Assembly (NCBI GenBank): GCA_964516875.1
Contig: CAZFAO010000004.1
Span: 24,161-88,160, forward strand
Reading direction: 5' to 3'
Source of the DNA: an uncultured Burkholderiales bacterium
GTDB taxonomy: Bacteria; Actinomycetota; Acidimicrobiia; IMCC26256; JAGPDB01
Length of the DNA stretch: 64,000 nucleotides
The notes beneath the pieces are model-generated. The model saw nothing but the letters and a program-made list of their open reading frames with translations, did not search any database and was not told where the DNA came from. The position numbers were made by a program, and so were the translations under genes. This document shows, one piece after another, positions 38,086 through 47,930 of this stretch (its first letter is position 1; every line of letters starts with the position of its first letter).

Positions 38086-39348
38086 TCAGTTTTTTGTTAT
38101 TGTTTGAGCCACATCTGTGAATTTCAATTCGCGTTGTTCGCCACTTTTCATATCTTTGACCGCAACAACGCATCGTTCCCATTCGTTGTCTCCCAACAAA
38201 ATCGTAAAGTGCGCACCGGAACGATCAGCATTTTTCATTGCGGACTTCATCGATTTCGAACCAAACGCACTGTCCACACTAATACCCGACCCACGTAATT
38301 GACTCTTGAGCGCGCGTAACTGTGATCGCGACTCATCGCTACCTACCAAATCAACAACAAACGCATCAAGAGATCGAACAGGGAGCGAAACCTTTTCTGC
38401 ATCGCACGCCATAATGGTGCGCTCGATACCAAGAGAAAAACCTATGCCTGATGTTTCTGGACCATCCATCATCGCAACAAGTTTGTTGTACCGGCCTCCC
38501 GCACAAATAGTTGATTGTGAAGCGTCGATGGAATGGGAAACAAATTCAAAAATAGTGTTGTTGTAATAATCAAGTCCTCGCACCATTCGAGGGACCACTT
38601 CATAGGCAATATCGCGTGCATCGAGTTCCGATTTTAAGAAATCAAATTCATCTTTACTCTCCGACGACAGATAATCATGAATATTTGGTGCGCCATTGGC
38701 CATATCTTGCCACTGTGGAACCTTTGTATCGAGAACACGGAGTGGATTTTTAGCAACGCGCGCTGCAAACTCATCTCCAAGATCTTTCTCGTAGCGAGCA
38801 AAGTATTCACGGAGTTTGTCCATATGAGCAGCACGAGCTTGTGCGTCACCCAAAGAGTTAATGACGAGCGTAAAGTCCGACAATCCCAAAGAACGAATAT
38901 ATTCATCAGCAAACTGGATGGTTTCGACATCGATCATGGGGTCATCAACACCGAGAGTTTCAATCGACAGTTGGTGAAATTCTCGAAGTCGTCCCTTCTG
39001 AGGACGTTCATAACGAAAACCACTGATGAGATACCACACCTTAAATGGCGCAAGAGGTCGATGTTGAGCAAAAGTTCGAGCGATCTGCGCAGTGCCTTCG
39101 GGTCGAAGAGCAATATGGCGTTCTCCCTTATCATGGAAGTCATACATTTCTTTTGTAACAATGTCGGTATCTTCACCAACGCGTGCAAACACTTCGTAAT
39201 TCTCATATGTTGGATTGACAATGAGATCGTAATTGTACAAATGTGCTTGTCTCGCAAATGCAGAAATAACTGTTTGCCACTGGCGTGACTCGTCTCCAAA
39301 AACATCTTTGGTACCAATCGGAGCGCGATAGGTGTCACTTGTTGCCAT
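38086..39348 (-). CDS. hisS: Histidine--tRNA ligase
   Basis: 420 aa with class II motifs, including ALRPEGT, FRYERPQKGRLREFHQ and GGRY. Confidence 0.96.
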   Translation of the reverse strand: MATSDTYRAPIGTKDVFGDESRQWQTVISAFARQAHLYNYDLIVNPTYENYEVFARVGEDTDIVTKEMYDFHDKGERHIALRPEGTAQIARTFAQHRPLAPFKVWYLISGFRYERPQKGRLREFHQLSIETLGVDDPMIDVETIQFADEYIRSLGLSDFTLVINSLGDAQARAAHMDKLREYFARYEKDLGDEFAARVAKNPLRVLDTKVPQWQDMANGAPNIHDYLSSESKDEFDFLKSELDARDIAYEVVPRMVRGLDYYNNTIFEFVSHSIDASQSTICAGGRYNKLVAMMDGPETSGIGFSLGIERTIMACDAEKVSLPVRSLDAFVVDLVGSDESRSQLRALKSQLRGSGISVDSAFGSKSMKSAMKNADRSGAHFTILLGDNEWERCVVAVKDMKSGEQRELKFTDVAQTITKN

Positions 39349-39360
39349 AAGGCTTAGATT

Positions 39361-41688
39361 CTAACCGCTACGGCCCCCACCAGGGAGAATGCGATAGGCA
39401 TCAATGACGCTCTCGACACGACGCATTTGAGCAATGATGGAATCGAGGTGGGATGGATCAGCTAAATCAAAGTCGAAACGCAACTTGGCAATCCTGTCTG
39501 CAGTGGTCAGGGTATTGCATCCCATGATATTGACGTGAGCATCGCTGAGCATTGACGCGATGTCTTGGAGCAATCGAGGTCGGTCGAACGCTTCGAGTTC
39601 AACAGAAACAATGAAGCTCGATCCCGACGCATGGTCCCACTCCACATCGATGAGCCGTTCCCCTTGGGACCCCGACAACGCAACAGCATTGGCGCAGTCG
39701 CTTCGATGCACACTCACTCCGCGACCACGAGTGATGAAACCAATAATTTCATCGCCAGGAACAGGCGTACAACAGCGAGCAAGACGCACCATCACATCGT
39801 CGAGACCTTCGACGTGGACACCGACTGTTTTCGATGTGGAATCACGCGCTTGTCGTGGTGGTCGCGCAGCGGAAACAGGAAGCTGAACTTCACCCGTTTC
39901 AAATTTGAGGAACTGCTGCATGCGCTGTCCAACAGCTTTCGCAGAAATATGGTGCTCTCCCACTGCTCGGTACAGCTCGTCAACACCTGCATAATTCATC
40001 TCGTGAGCAACTTCATCGAGAGTTTGCGAACTCTGGATTTTCTGAACGGGAAGTCCAAGCCTTCTCAGCTCTTTAATGATGTCTTCTTTCCCATTTTCGA
40101 TTGCATCTTCACGACGCTCACGGGAAAACCACTGTCGAATCTTGCTTTTTGCTTTCGACGAAACAACAAAATCTGCCCAGTCACGCGACGGACCAGCATC
40201 TTCCGCTTTAGAAGTAAACACTTCAACCGTATCACCAGACTCGAGCACCGCATTGAGCGGCACTAATCGACCATTCACTTTGGCGCCCACACATTTGTGT
40301 CCAACATCGGTATGGACTGCGTAGGCAAAATCAATCGTTGTGGATTCCAGTGGAAGAGTGATGACTTTCCCTTTAGGAGTAAACACAAATAATTCGTCGT
40401 GCTCGAGATCGTCACGGAGCATATCCATGAACTCATTAGGATCAGCCGTATCGGTTTGCCAATCAACAATGCGATCTAACCATGGCAGCGAAGAAATGTC
40501 TTCGGGAATCACACTATGCGATTGCGCCTTTGATGATGATTGCTTTTTCTTTTTGCTGTCCGATCCAGCATCGCCCTGCTTGTATGCCCAGTGCGCAGCG
40601 ATTCCAATTTCTGCACGATGGTGCATTTCTTTTGTGCGAATCTGAACTTCGACCGGATGACCCGAAGGTCCAACGACAGTTGTATGCAACGACTGATAAA
40701 GGTTGAACTTTGGCATTGCAATGTAGTCTTTGAATCGACCTTGAACGGGTGTCCACAGCGAGTGGATGGAACCGAGCGCACCGTAACAATCTTTGAGAGA
40801 ATCAACAATGACGCGCACACCGACTAAATCTTGAACTTCGTTGAAGTCTTTACCGCGCACCACCATTTTTTCATAAATCGACCACAAATACTTGGGACGA
40901 CCAGAAATCTCTGCATGTATTCCTACTTCGTCAAGCAGCTGCGTAAAATCTTCGATGACCTGATCGAGAAATTCCTGACGCTCCCCTGCTCGTTGTTCGA
41001 CCATATATTCAATCGATGCATATCTCTTGGGATGCAAAACAGCAAAACACAATTCTTCGAGTTGACTTTTAATATCAGAAATTCCCAGACGGTGTGCCAA
41101 CGGCGCATAAATGTCCAGCGTCTCTTGAGCAATTCGTTTTTGTTTCGCGTCGGGCATTGCTGCAATTGTTCGCATGTTGTGTAAACGGTCTGCAAGTTTG
41201 ATAATCAACACGCGGATGTCTTTCGCCATTGCTACCAACATTTTGCGCATCGTCGCAGCTTGAGCAGCTTCTGCACTTTGGAAGTGAATGCGGTCGAGTT
41301 TTGTCACGCCATCAACAATCGATGCCACATCACTGCCAAAGTCACGCTCGATATCATCGAGTGTGGTTGATGTATCTTCAACCGAGTCATGCAACAGTGC
41401 TGCGGAAATGGTGACGTCGTCAAGTCCTAAACCCGCAACAATGTGCGCAACGAGAAGTGGATGGGTGATATAGGGTTCACCGCTTCTGCGGACTTGAGTT
41501 TGGTGTGCAGAGCGTGCAACTTCAAATGCTCGTATAATTCTGTCAGCACTATCGTGAGGATGATGGTCGTGAAAGACATCGACTAACCCCGCGACGTCAA
41601 TATCGATATGAGAACGTCTCCACGGAAAAAGACGTTGTTTGTCCCGATCATGGACCGAGCGCGGAACGTCAGGAAGGGTCATATTCAC
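39361..41688 (-). CDS. relA: Bifunctional (p)ppGpp synthetase/hydrolase (RelA/SpoT homologue)
   Basis: 775 aa with the HD hydrolase motif (LLHDSVEDT), the synthetase domain (YQSLHTTV) and TGS and ACT regions. Confidence 0.95.
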   Translation of the reverse strand: MNMTLPDVPRSVHDRDKQRLFPWRRSHIDIDVAGLVDVFHDHHPHDSADRIIRAFEVARSAHQTQVRRSGEPYITHPLLVAHIVAGLGLDDVTISAALLHDSVEDTSTTLDDIERDFGSDVASIVDGVTKLDRIHFQSAEAAQAATMRKMLVAMAKDIRVLIIKLADRLHNMRTIAAMPDAKQKRIAQETLDIYAPLAHRLGISDIKSQLEELCFAVLHPKRYASIEYMVEQRAGERQEFLDQVIEDFTQLLDEVGIHAEISGRPKYLWSIYEKMVVRGKDFNEVQDLVGVRVIVDSLKDCYGALGSIHSLWTPVQGRFKDYIAMPKFNLYQSLHTTVVGPSGHPVEVQIRTKEMHHRAEIGIAAHWAYKQGDAGSDSKKKKQSSSKAQSHSVIPEDISSLPWLDRIVDWQTDTADPNEFMDMLRDDLEHDELFVFTPKGKVITLPLESTTIDFAYAVHTDVGHKCVGAKVNGRLVPLNAVLESGDTVEVFTSKAEDAGPSRDWADFVVSSKAKSKIRQWFSRERREDAIENGKEDIIKELRRLGLPVQKIQSSQTLDEVAHEMNYAGVDELYRAVGEHHISAKAVGQRMQQFLKFETGEVQLPVSAARPPRQARDSTSKTVGVHVEGLDDVMVRLARCCTPVPGDEIIGFITRGRGVSVHRSDCANAVALSGSQGERLIDVEWDHASGSSFIVSVELEAFDRPRLLQDIASMLSDAHVNIMGCNTLTTADRIAKLRFDFDLADPSHLDSIIAQMRRVESVIDAYRILPGGGRSG

Positions 41689-42623
41689 ATATTATCGGCT
41701 TTATTTGTCCACTCTTTGATAGCTACTACTAGCGGAGTTGCAACAAATATCGAGCTATATGCACCGGTTGCAAGGCCCACGGCCAACGCAAGGGAGAAAT
41801 CGAGCAATGCCGTTGCTCCCAAAATGTATGTACCGACAACAATCAGAGAGATGACAGGTAACAGCGCAACGATGGACGTGTTAATCGAGCGTGCCAACAC
41901 CTGATTTAATGATGTGTTGACCATGTCTGAATAGCTTGTCTGTTTAAGTTTTCTCCATACTTTTGTATTGTCGGTCACTTTGTCGAACACCACCACAGTG
42001 TCATAGAGAGAAAAACCAAGAATGGTCAAGAATGCCACCACTGTCGCAGGAGACACAGTGAAGTCAAAGAGAGCATAGAGGCCCACGGTGATGATGACGT
42101 CATGAATCACCGAGAGGATCGCAGCGAGTGCCATGGTCCATTCAAAACGAATCGACATATACAGTGCGACGATAACGAAGAAGACGACCAGAGCTTGTAT
42201 AGATTTTTTGGTGATCTGTTTACCCCACGATGGCCCGACCGTCGATACAGAAATATCAATTTCTTTTACACCTGTATATTTACTGAGCTCAGCAATAACA
42301 GCGTCTTCTTGTTTCTTCGTGAGCTCTTTCGTTGTGACTTTGATGGTGTCGTCGTTGAGTATTTGAATTTTGAGTTCACCGAGGCCGTTATCGGACAACA
42401 AGTCTCGAACTTTTTCTACATTTGGTTTTCCTTGTTTCATAGTTGCTTCAAAGCTTGTTCCACCTTTGAATTCAATACTGGTGTTGAGCCCTTCAACAAA
42501 GAATGCACCGATAGAAATTGTCAGAAGAATGACGGAAACCAACAGCCATCGACATTTCCTTGATGTTATTTGATAATTGGTTCGCTCATGATAGAGATCC
42601 GAAAACTGTTTTGTGACACTCAT
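41685..42623 (-). CDS. secF: Protein translocase subunit SecF
   Basis: 312 aa and polytopic, with EFKGGTSF. 4-nt overlaps with secD and relA. Confidence 0.93.
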   Translation of the reverse strand: MSVTKQFSDLYHERTNYQITSRKCRWLLVSVILLTISIGAFFVEGLNTSIEFKGGTSFEATMKQGKPNVEKVRDLLSDNGLGELKIQILNDDTIKVTTKELTKKQEDAVIAELSKYTGVKEIDISVSTVGPSWGKQITKKSIQALVVFFVIVALYMSIRFEWTMALAAILSVIHDVIITVGLYALFDFTVSPATVVAFLTILGFSLYDTVVVFDKVTDNTKVWRKLKQTSYSDMVNTSLNQVLARSINTSIVALLPVISLIVVGTYILGATALLDFSLALAVGLATGAYSSIFVATPLVVAIKEWTNKADNM

Positions 42624-44398
42624 GCCGTTAGATCCTTTTTATCAAGCGATGCGGCCATACCGAAAGTTTTATTCGTAATCAATGACTTCTTCTGTGAAAT
42701 TAACTTCACCATGGGATGCATGAAGGCAACCGTGACCAACAAGTCGAGCACGGTAGAAACGCCGAGGAAGAACGCGAATCCTCGCACAGAACCAGACGCC
42801 AAGAAGAAGAGCGCCGTAGCCCCCATAAGAGACACTAAGTCAGCAGCCAAAATGGTTCTGAATGCTGCCTTGAATGCTGGATCGAGACACGATCGAACAC
42901 TTCGACCTTGTTTGACTTCATCCTTCAGCTTTTCGAAATAGACAACATAACTGTCGACGGTGACACCGAGCGACACAATCAAACCAACCACACCCGCCAA
43001 CGTAAGCGACAGTCCTTGCGATTGACCCAACCAACAAATCAGCGCGTAGGTCAACATACCCGTCAGTGTGAGTCCTGCAACAACAACCATTCCGAGTATT
43101 CGGTAATAGAGAAGCATGTATAAGACAACGAGGAAGAGACCTACCGCACCAGCGATGAGACCTGCACGCAATTGATCTGAGCCCAATGTCGGAGAAACTT
43201 TTTGTGCTGTTTGTTGTTCAAGAACAACAGGCAGTTTTCCATATCGCAAAACCGTCACAAGATTTTCCACCTCGGACTGACGTGCATCCTCGCCCATGGT
43301 GATCTGCAATTTGTTATCTGTCATTCCCGTAGCAAGGTCGGGCTGTATTTGTGGCGCAGAAATAATAAGGGAGTCAAGAACAATTGCAACGTACTGATTG
43401 CTCAGCGGCCCACCGATGAGTTGTGTGAATTGTTTTGCACCATCGTTTGTGAGTTCAACACCAACGGTGAGCTCACCGAGGCTATCGACGTTGGTGGTGG
43501 CATCTTTGACGATGTCTCCCTTGAGAACTGTTGGACACAACAAACTTGGTCGACGCGCCGTTTTCTCATCACTGGGTTTGTCCCATGCAATAATCGGCTG
43601 GTCCGCAATATCTTGCGCACGCGGAGTCACCCGAGTGAGATCACCGGTGAGCGTATATGTTTGAGGGTTCGTTCCACCACACTGCACATTCAACGTCGTT
43701 GGCATTTCCGTTGCAGCCGGTGCTGTTGACGTTGTCGTTGTACTTGTGGTGCTCGTTGACGTTTCTGCACGGTGAAAAGATTTACCAGCACCACCGGCTG
43801 TTGTGCTCGGTGACGTTGAAGATGTCGATGAAGAGGTCGAGGAAGAAACAGTCGATGATGTTGTACTCGATTGAGTCGACTTACCTTTTGGATTACACGC
43901 ATTAGATCCACGTGTATCATTAGCACAGATGAGCCCGAGGACTTGTTGGACAGTTTGGTCTGTTGAAATATTTTCAGCGACTTCTCGGAATCGAAGTTCT
44001 GCTGTTTGTCCAATCAGAGCTTGTGCTCGTCGGGTATCTTTTGCGCCGGGAAGATCGACAACAATGTTGTTTCCTTGACGTGAAATTTCTGGTTCGGCTA
44101 CACCCAGCGCATCCACACGGTCACGAATAATGTTGACTGCTAGATCAAGCTCTTCCGAAGTGGGTTCGCCCTTTGCTTCAAGAACAATGGAAATTCCACC
44201 TTGGAGATCCAACCCGAGCTGTGGTCGCACGTCGTGGATAAAAGTGAGAGAAAAGAGATAGGTCGTCGTGACAACAAAAAGAACAAGGAGTTGCGCGGGT
44301 CGCTTGATCCCTCCTTGGGTATTATAAGCAACGACACCCGTGGTTACAATCAGCCCAATTGCCGTTACCGTATAGATCCAGGTGTTGATAGAACTCAT
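42620..44398 (-). CDS. secD: Protein translocase subunit SecD, with a Ser/Thr-rich insertion
   Basis: 592 aa with LGLDLQGGISIVLEA and the C-terminal six-TM bundle. A low-complexity S/T tract covers about aa 174-235 (nt 43694-43879). Confidence 0.93.
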   Translation of the reverse strand: MSSINTWIYTVTAIGLIVTTGVVAYNTQGGIKRPAQLLVLFVVTTTYLFSLTFIHDVRPQLGLDLQGGISIVLEAKGEPTSEELDLAVNIIRDRVDALGVAEPEISRQGNNIVVDLPGAKDTRRAQALIGQTAELRFREVAENISTDQTVQQVLGLICANDTRGSNACNPKGKSTQSSTTSSTVSSSTSSSTSSTSPSTTAGGAGKSFHRAETSTSTTSTTTTSTAPAATEMPTTLNVQCGGTNPQTYTLTGDLTRVTPRAQDIADQPIIAWDKPSDEKTARRPSLLCPTVLKGDIVKDATTNVDSLGELTVGVELTNDGAKQFTQLIGGPLSNQYVAIVLDSLIISAPQIQPDLATGMTDNKLQITMGEDARQSEVENLVTVLRYGKLPVVLEQQTAQKVSPTLGSDQLRAGLIAGAVGLFLVVLYMLLYYRILGMVVVAGLTLTGMLTYALICWLGQSQGLSLTLAGVVGLIVSLGVTVDSYVVYFEKLKDEVKQGRSVRSCLDPAFKAAFRTILAADLVSLMGATALFFLASGSVRGFAFFLGVSTVLDLLVTVAFMHPMVKLISQKKSLITNKTFGMAASLDKKDLTA

Positions 44399-44715
44399 TA
44401 CGAATCTTTCGTGGGTTCTGGGGTATCAACCACAGCTTTTTTCATCGCGATCGCACGGAGGGCAACTTTAATCTCTGTCGAGGGAGCAATCGATAGCATG
44501 ACAGCATCATCGTCGATCGAAACAATTGTGCCGTAGATACCCGCAGTCGTAATAACATCGTCACCAGGCGACAACGCAGCGACCAATTCACGGTGTCGTT
44601 GAAGATTGCGCTTTTGAGGACGCACGATCATAAAGAAAAAGAGCAACCCAATAACGAGTGCGCTAAGGAGTAAAGGGGCCACGTTTGTGCCCGAAGATGC
44701 AGCAAGAGTATTCAC
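44398..44715 (-). CDS. yajC: Preprotein translocase subunit YajC
   Basis: 105 aa with one TM segment followed by RPQKRNLQRHRELVAALSPGDDVITTAGIYGTIVSIDDD. Confidence 0.88.
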   Translation of the reverse strand: MNTLAASSGTNVAPLLLSALVIGLLFFFMIVRPQKRNLQRHRELVAALSPGDDVITTAGIYGTIVSIDDDAVMLSIAPSTEIKVALRAIAMKKAVVDTPEPTKDS

Positions 44716-44727
44716 AAAGGTGAAATA

Positions 44728-45789
44728 CTAGTCGTCAAACGCCTCCAACAAGGACATTTCGCCTCGGGAACCAACTGAGAGAGCGTCCGGGGGAACGGCA
44801 AGTCCGAGATGCTCATACGCGAGGGGTGTGGCGACTCGGCCACGCGCCGTTCTCTCCACATAACCATTAATCACCAAATAGGGTTCGATCATGTCTTCTA
44901 TGGTTTCGGTGGTTTCACCAAGCGATACAGCAAGGGTGGATAATCCCACCGCGCGCGATGAATATGTTTCGCAGACACACGCAAGATATTTTCGGTCAGA
45001 ACTATCGAGGCCGGCATTATCGATCCCGAACAGTTCGCATGCTTGCGTCACGCCATCAGCATCGAGCACACCATTGTTTTTTACAAGACAGTAATCACGA
45101 ACACGTCGATACAAGCGTTGTGCAATTCGAGGAGTCCCCCGTCCGCGCTGCGCGATAATGTTTGCAGCAACATCGTCAATGTCAACACCATCTTTTTTTG
45201 CGACGCGACGAACAATTTCGCTCAGTTCATCCGTGGTGTAATAATTCACGCGGGCAAAGAAACCAAAACGATCTCGCAGTGGACCCGTAATCGAACCGGT
45301 GCGTGTCGTTGCTCCTACCAAAGTAAATTTGGGAAGATCAATCCGTACGCTCCGCGCGGTGGGACCTTTCCCGATTACAATGTCGAATTGGAAATCTTCC
45401 ATGGCGGGATAGAGAACCTCTTCAATGCTGCGCGACAGTCGATGAATTTCATCGATGAAGAGGACATCGCCATCGTTAAGATTTGAAAGAATCGATGCAA
45501 GGTCGCCCGGTCGTTCTAGTGCAGGACCACTGGTAATGGAAATGTTCACGCCACGTTCATGTGCGATGATTCCAGCCAGAGATGTTTTCCCTAACCCCGG
45601 AGGCCCCGCCAAGAGAATGTGATCGAGAACGCGATCGCTTTGGTGTGCAGCATCGATCATGATGGAAAGGTGAGAAACAATATCGTCTTGTCCAATAAAG
45701 TCATCAAAACTGGAAGGTCGATGTGTGCTCACCACGACATCGATGTCACCGTCACTCGGTTCTGTGAGATCAATAATTTCGTTTCTCAT
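44728..45789 (-). CDS. ruvB: Holliday junction branch migration ATPase RuvB
   Basis: 353 aa with LLAGPPGLGKTSLA and LFIDEIHRL. Confidence 0.97.
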   Translation of the reverse strand: MRNEIIDLTEPSDGDIDVVVSTHRPSSFDDFIGQDDIVSHLSIMIDAAHQSDRVLDHILLAGPPGLGKTSLAGIIAHERGVNISITSGPALERPGDLASILSNLNDGDVLFIDEIHRLSRSIEEVLYPAMEDFQFDIVIGKGPTARSVRIDLPKFTLVGATTRTGSITGPLRDRFGFFARVNYYTTDELSEIVRRVAKKDGVDIDDVAANIIAQRGRGTPRIAQRLYRRVRDYCLVKNNGVLDADGVTQACELFGIDNAGLDSSDRKYLACVCETYSSRAVGLSTLAVSLGETTETIEDMIEPYLVINGYVERTARGRVATPLAYEHLGLAVPPDALSVGSRGEMSLLEAFDD

Positions 45790-45804
45790 GACGTCACCTT
45801 AGCG

Positions 45805-46389
45805 TTACCCAGCAGATCCGGTTGCTAAAAGTCGTAAACACTCTTTAATCATCACATCCACACTCAAGGTGGGATCGAGATCGCGGACAACATTCGATAT
45901 TTCTTCGCGACGGTATCCCAGCTCTTCAAGAGCATCGCTGACATCTTTCACAGCGCTATTTGCAGGTGTTGGCAGAAAGATATCGTTGATCCCTTTCACG
46001 TTCGACAATTCAACAATCATGCGTTGTGCTGTTTTCTTTCCGATACCAGGAACACGACACAACATGTCAACGTCGTTAAGTGTCAATGCATCGACGATGC
46101 CCTGCGGAGTTAACGCTGAGATCATTGCGAGCCCCATCTTGGGGCCAATACCTGAAACAGAAACAAGTTTTTCAAACAAATCGCGTGTGGTTGATTCAAT
46201 AAAACCAAACAGCGTGATGGCATCTTCGCGCACATGCGTAGAAATATGAAACGTCACAAAATTTCCGACCATCATGTGGGTAGTTTCCTTTTCAGGAATG
46301 GAAATCTTGTACCCCACACCATTGACGTCGACAACAACATCACCCGTGATCGATAAAGACGCAATATTTCCTGTGAGAAGCGCAATCAT
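45805..46389 (-). CDS. ruvA: Holliday junction DNA helicase subunit RuvA
   Basis: 194 aa with the OB fold and HhH motifs (VSGIGPKMGLAMIS, VPGIGKKTAQRMI). Confidence 0.93.
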   Translation of the reverse strand: MIALLTGNIASLSITGDVVVDVNGVGYKISIPEKETTHMMVGNFVTFHISTHVREDAITLFGFIESTTRDLFEKLVSVSGIGPKMGLAMISALTPQGIVDALTLNDVDMLCRVPGIGKKTAQRMIVELSNVKGINDIFLPTPANSAVKDVSDALEELGYRREEISNVVRDLDPTLSVDVMIKECLRLLATGSAG

Positions 46390-47042
46390 CGAGAAAGCCC
46401 TGTGCGACGACGCGTTATTTCTTTCAAAGGATTTTCGCGTTCATGTTTTTTTCTATCGATTTTCTTTGTTGTGCTTAATATTGAATCGGCAATAGCGTTG
46501 TGCAAGTTGCTTCCGTTGTACGTTGCGTTATCGGACGTGTCACTTGCCTTTTTTGCCGCGCTCGTCGGGAAAGAAACTGCGTGGGTCATGGCAATAGCAA
46601 GAGCGTCAGCTGCATCTGCAGGTTGAGGGATTTTTGTGAGACCAAGAAGTTTGGCGACCATTGTTTGAACGGATATTTTGTCTGCGGCTCCGTTCCCCGT
46701 GATCGCGCTCTTTACTTCGTTGGGAGAATATTCGGTGACGGGAATCGATTTTGATGCAGCAATGGCATGGACGAGACCACTGACTTGTGCAACAGACATC
46801 GCTGTCGAAACATTTTTTTGGAAAAGAACACGTTCCAATGCAATCTCATCAGGCTTGATTTCATCAATTAACTCAGAAATATCTTGATGCATTTCCGCCA
46901 AGCGAGCAGAAACTTGTTCTTGGGGTGATGTTGTAAAAATACCCGCGCGGGAAAATGTCATTGTGCGCTTTTCGTCGCGCGTAACAACCCCAAAGCCACA
47001 GCGTGTGAGGCCCGGGTCAATCCCGAGAATGGAAACGAACAT
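46386..47042 (-). CDS. ruvC: Crossover junction endodeoxyribonuclease RuvC, with a roughly 55-aa basic C-terminal tail
   Basis: ILGIDPGLTRCGFGVV and ADALAIAM motifs. 218 aa, longer than the typical RuvC. Confidence 0.92.
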   Translation of the reverse strand: MFVSILGIDPGLTRCGFGVVTRDEKRTMTFSRAGIFTTSPQEQVSARLAEMHQDISELIDEIKPDEIALERVLFQKNVSTAMSVAQVSGLVHAIAASKSIPVTEYSPNEVKSAITGNGAADKISVQTMVAKLLGLTKIPQPADAADALAIAMTHAVSFPTSAAKKASDTSDNATYNGSNLHNAIADSILSTTKKIDRKKHERENPLKEITRRRTGLSR

Positions 47043-47116
47043 AGGTTCGATTCTAGTCGAAAAAAAGAGAAATATCCATGGTCACTAAAGAAGAAACCTG
47101 GTGTGACGTGGGAAAA

Positions 47117-47749
47117 TTATCGAGAAAATATTTCTCTACACATCGATCGAATCACCGTAATGGGATAAGACAACATTGTTGCTGGAAACTGTAAAACAAC
47201 AACCCAGAATGGTTTCGCGTCAGATTCGATAGGTTCTGCTGCGATAACTATGGGTGACACTTCGCTATCCATCGACATGACAGCCGAGGCGAGTCCATCA
47301 ATCCTCACTGCGTTCCCGGATTCTTCAATAACTTTCTTTAACGCTGTTTCGATTTTGGTGGACATGACATCTTCAATAGGGAGGCTCACTCGAGCGAGCA
47401 TTCCTTTTGTGGTGACATCACATTCACAAATCACGTTCGACGAATCAATTGTTTCATCCAGGAATAGCCTGATGCGCGCATCCATTTTTCCTTTACCGCC
47501 ACGGTCACGCGATGTCACTGACATCAATGACACATGAGAGTCGAAATCGCGATCAGCAACGATGCAATTTCCGTCGAGAAGAAGTCGGAATACTCCAAAG
47601 GTCACGGGAAAAGTAAACGACGTTGTGTCATCCGAAACAATTGTGACTTTTTCATTACCAAAATCACCATACGAAAAAAGATCAGTAACCGATTTAAAGA
47701 CAGAGACCGCTTCCCCCGCGAAGGGAATGGAAACCTTGAAAGAAGTCAT
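47117..47749 (-). CDS. Hypothetical protein, tentatively SRPBCC/CoxG-like, with a hydrophobic C-terminus
   Basis: I prefer ATG 47747-47749 (MTSFKVSIPFAGEAV...). The 58-aa Arg/Pro-rich track extension is encoded by the GC-rich repeat cluster. The pattern ...SRDRGGKGKMDARIRL...CDVTTKGMLARV... resembles CoxG-type proteins, but the call is weak. Confidence 0.5.
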   Translation of the reverse strand: MTSFKVSIPFAGEAVSVFKSVTDLFSYGDFGNEKVTIVSDDTTSFTFPVTFGVFRLLLDGNCIVADRDFDSHVSLMSVTSRDRGGKGKMDARIRLFLDETIDSSNVICECDVTTKGMLARVSLPIEDVMSTKIETALKKVIEESGNAVRIDGLASAVMSMDSEVSPIVIAAEPIESDAKPFWVVVLQFPATMLSYPITVIRSMCREIFSR

Positions 47750-47767
47750 GATCCACTCTACCGAAAT

Positions 47768-47921
47768 GTGGAGGAAAATTGAGTGATACTTGCGAAAGCG
47801 GGTCCGACCTCGTGGCGGTGTGCGGGTCCGACGGGTTGCGGGTCCGACCTCCTGATACGGATCTTTCGCAAACGATTGACGGATGTAGTTGCGAGGTTTC
47901 CCTCCACGAGGTCGGACCCGC
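47768..47921. repeat. Cluster of GCGGGTCCGAC repeats, including a perfect 18-bp inverted repeat
   Basis: GCGGGTCCGACCTCGTGG at 47798-47815 and its exact reverse complement at 47904-47921. Further copies are GCGGGTCCGAC at 47822-47832 and GCGGGTCCGACCTCC at 47838-47852. Additional complementary pairs are GTGGAGG 47768-47774 with CCTCCAC 47901-47907, and TGCGAAAG 47791-47798 with CTTTCGCA 47863-47870. Confidence 0.85.
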
Positions 47922-47930
47922 ATCTCTCCC

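Noticed and set aside
41685-41700. Missing apt gene between secF and relA as a possible deletion scar or pseudogene
   Set aside because: secF and relA overlap by 4 nt, so no remnant sequence exists. This is simply a different gene order.
47798-47921. Possible CRISPR array, because of four copies of GCGGGTCCGAC
   Set aside because: The repeats are only 11-18 nt, irregularly spaced (6-51 nt) and partly inverted. No cas genes are present. This is not CRISPR architecture.
47750-47923. N-terminal 58-aa extension of ORF 47117-47923, plus similar track extensions of pyrR, aspS, aroQ, mihF, the HIT gene, the HNH gene, hydrolase 2 and cpaB
   Set aside because: The extensions start at GTG/TTG or distant ATG codons, overlap upstream genes or repeat DNA, and precede the conserved N-termini. 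Internal starts with SD sequences or ATGA coupling fit better.
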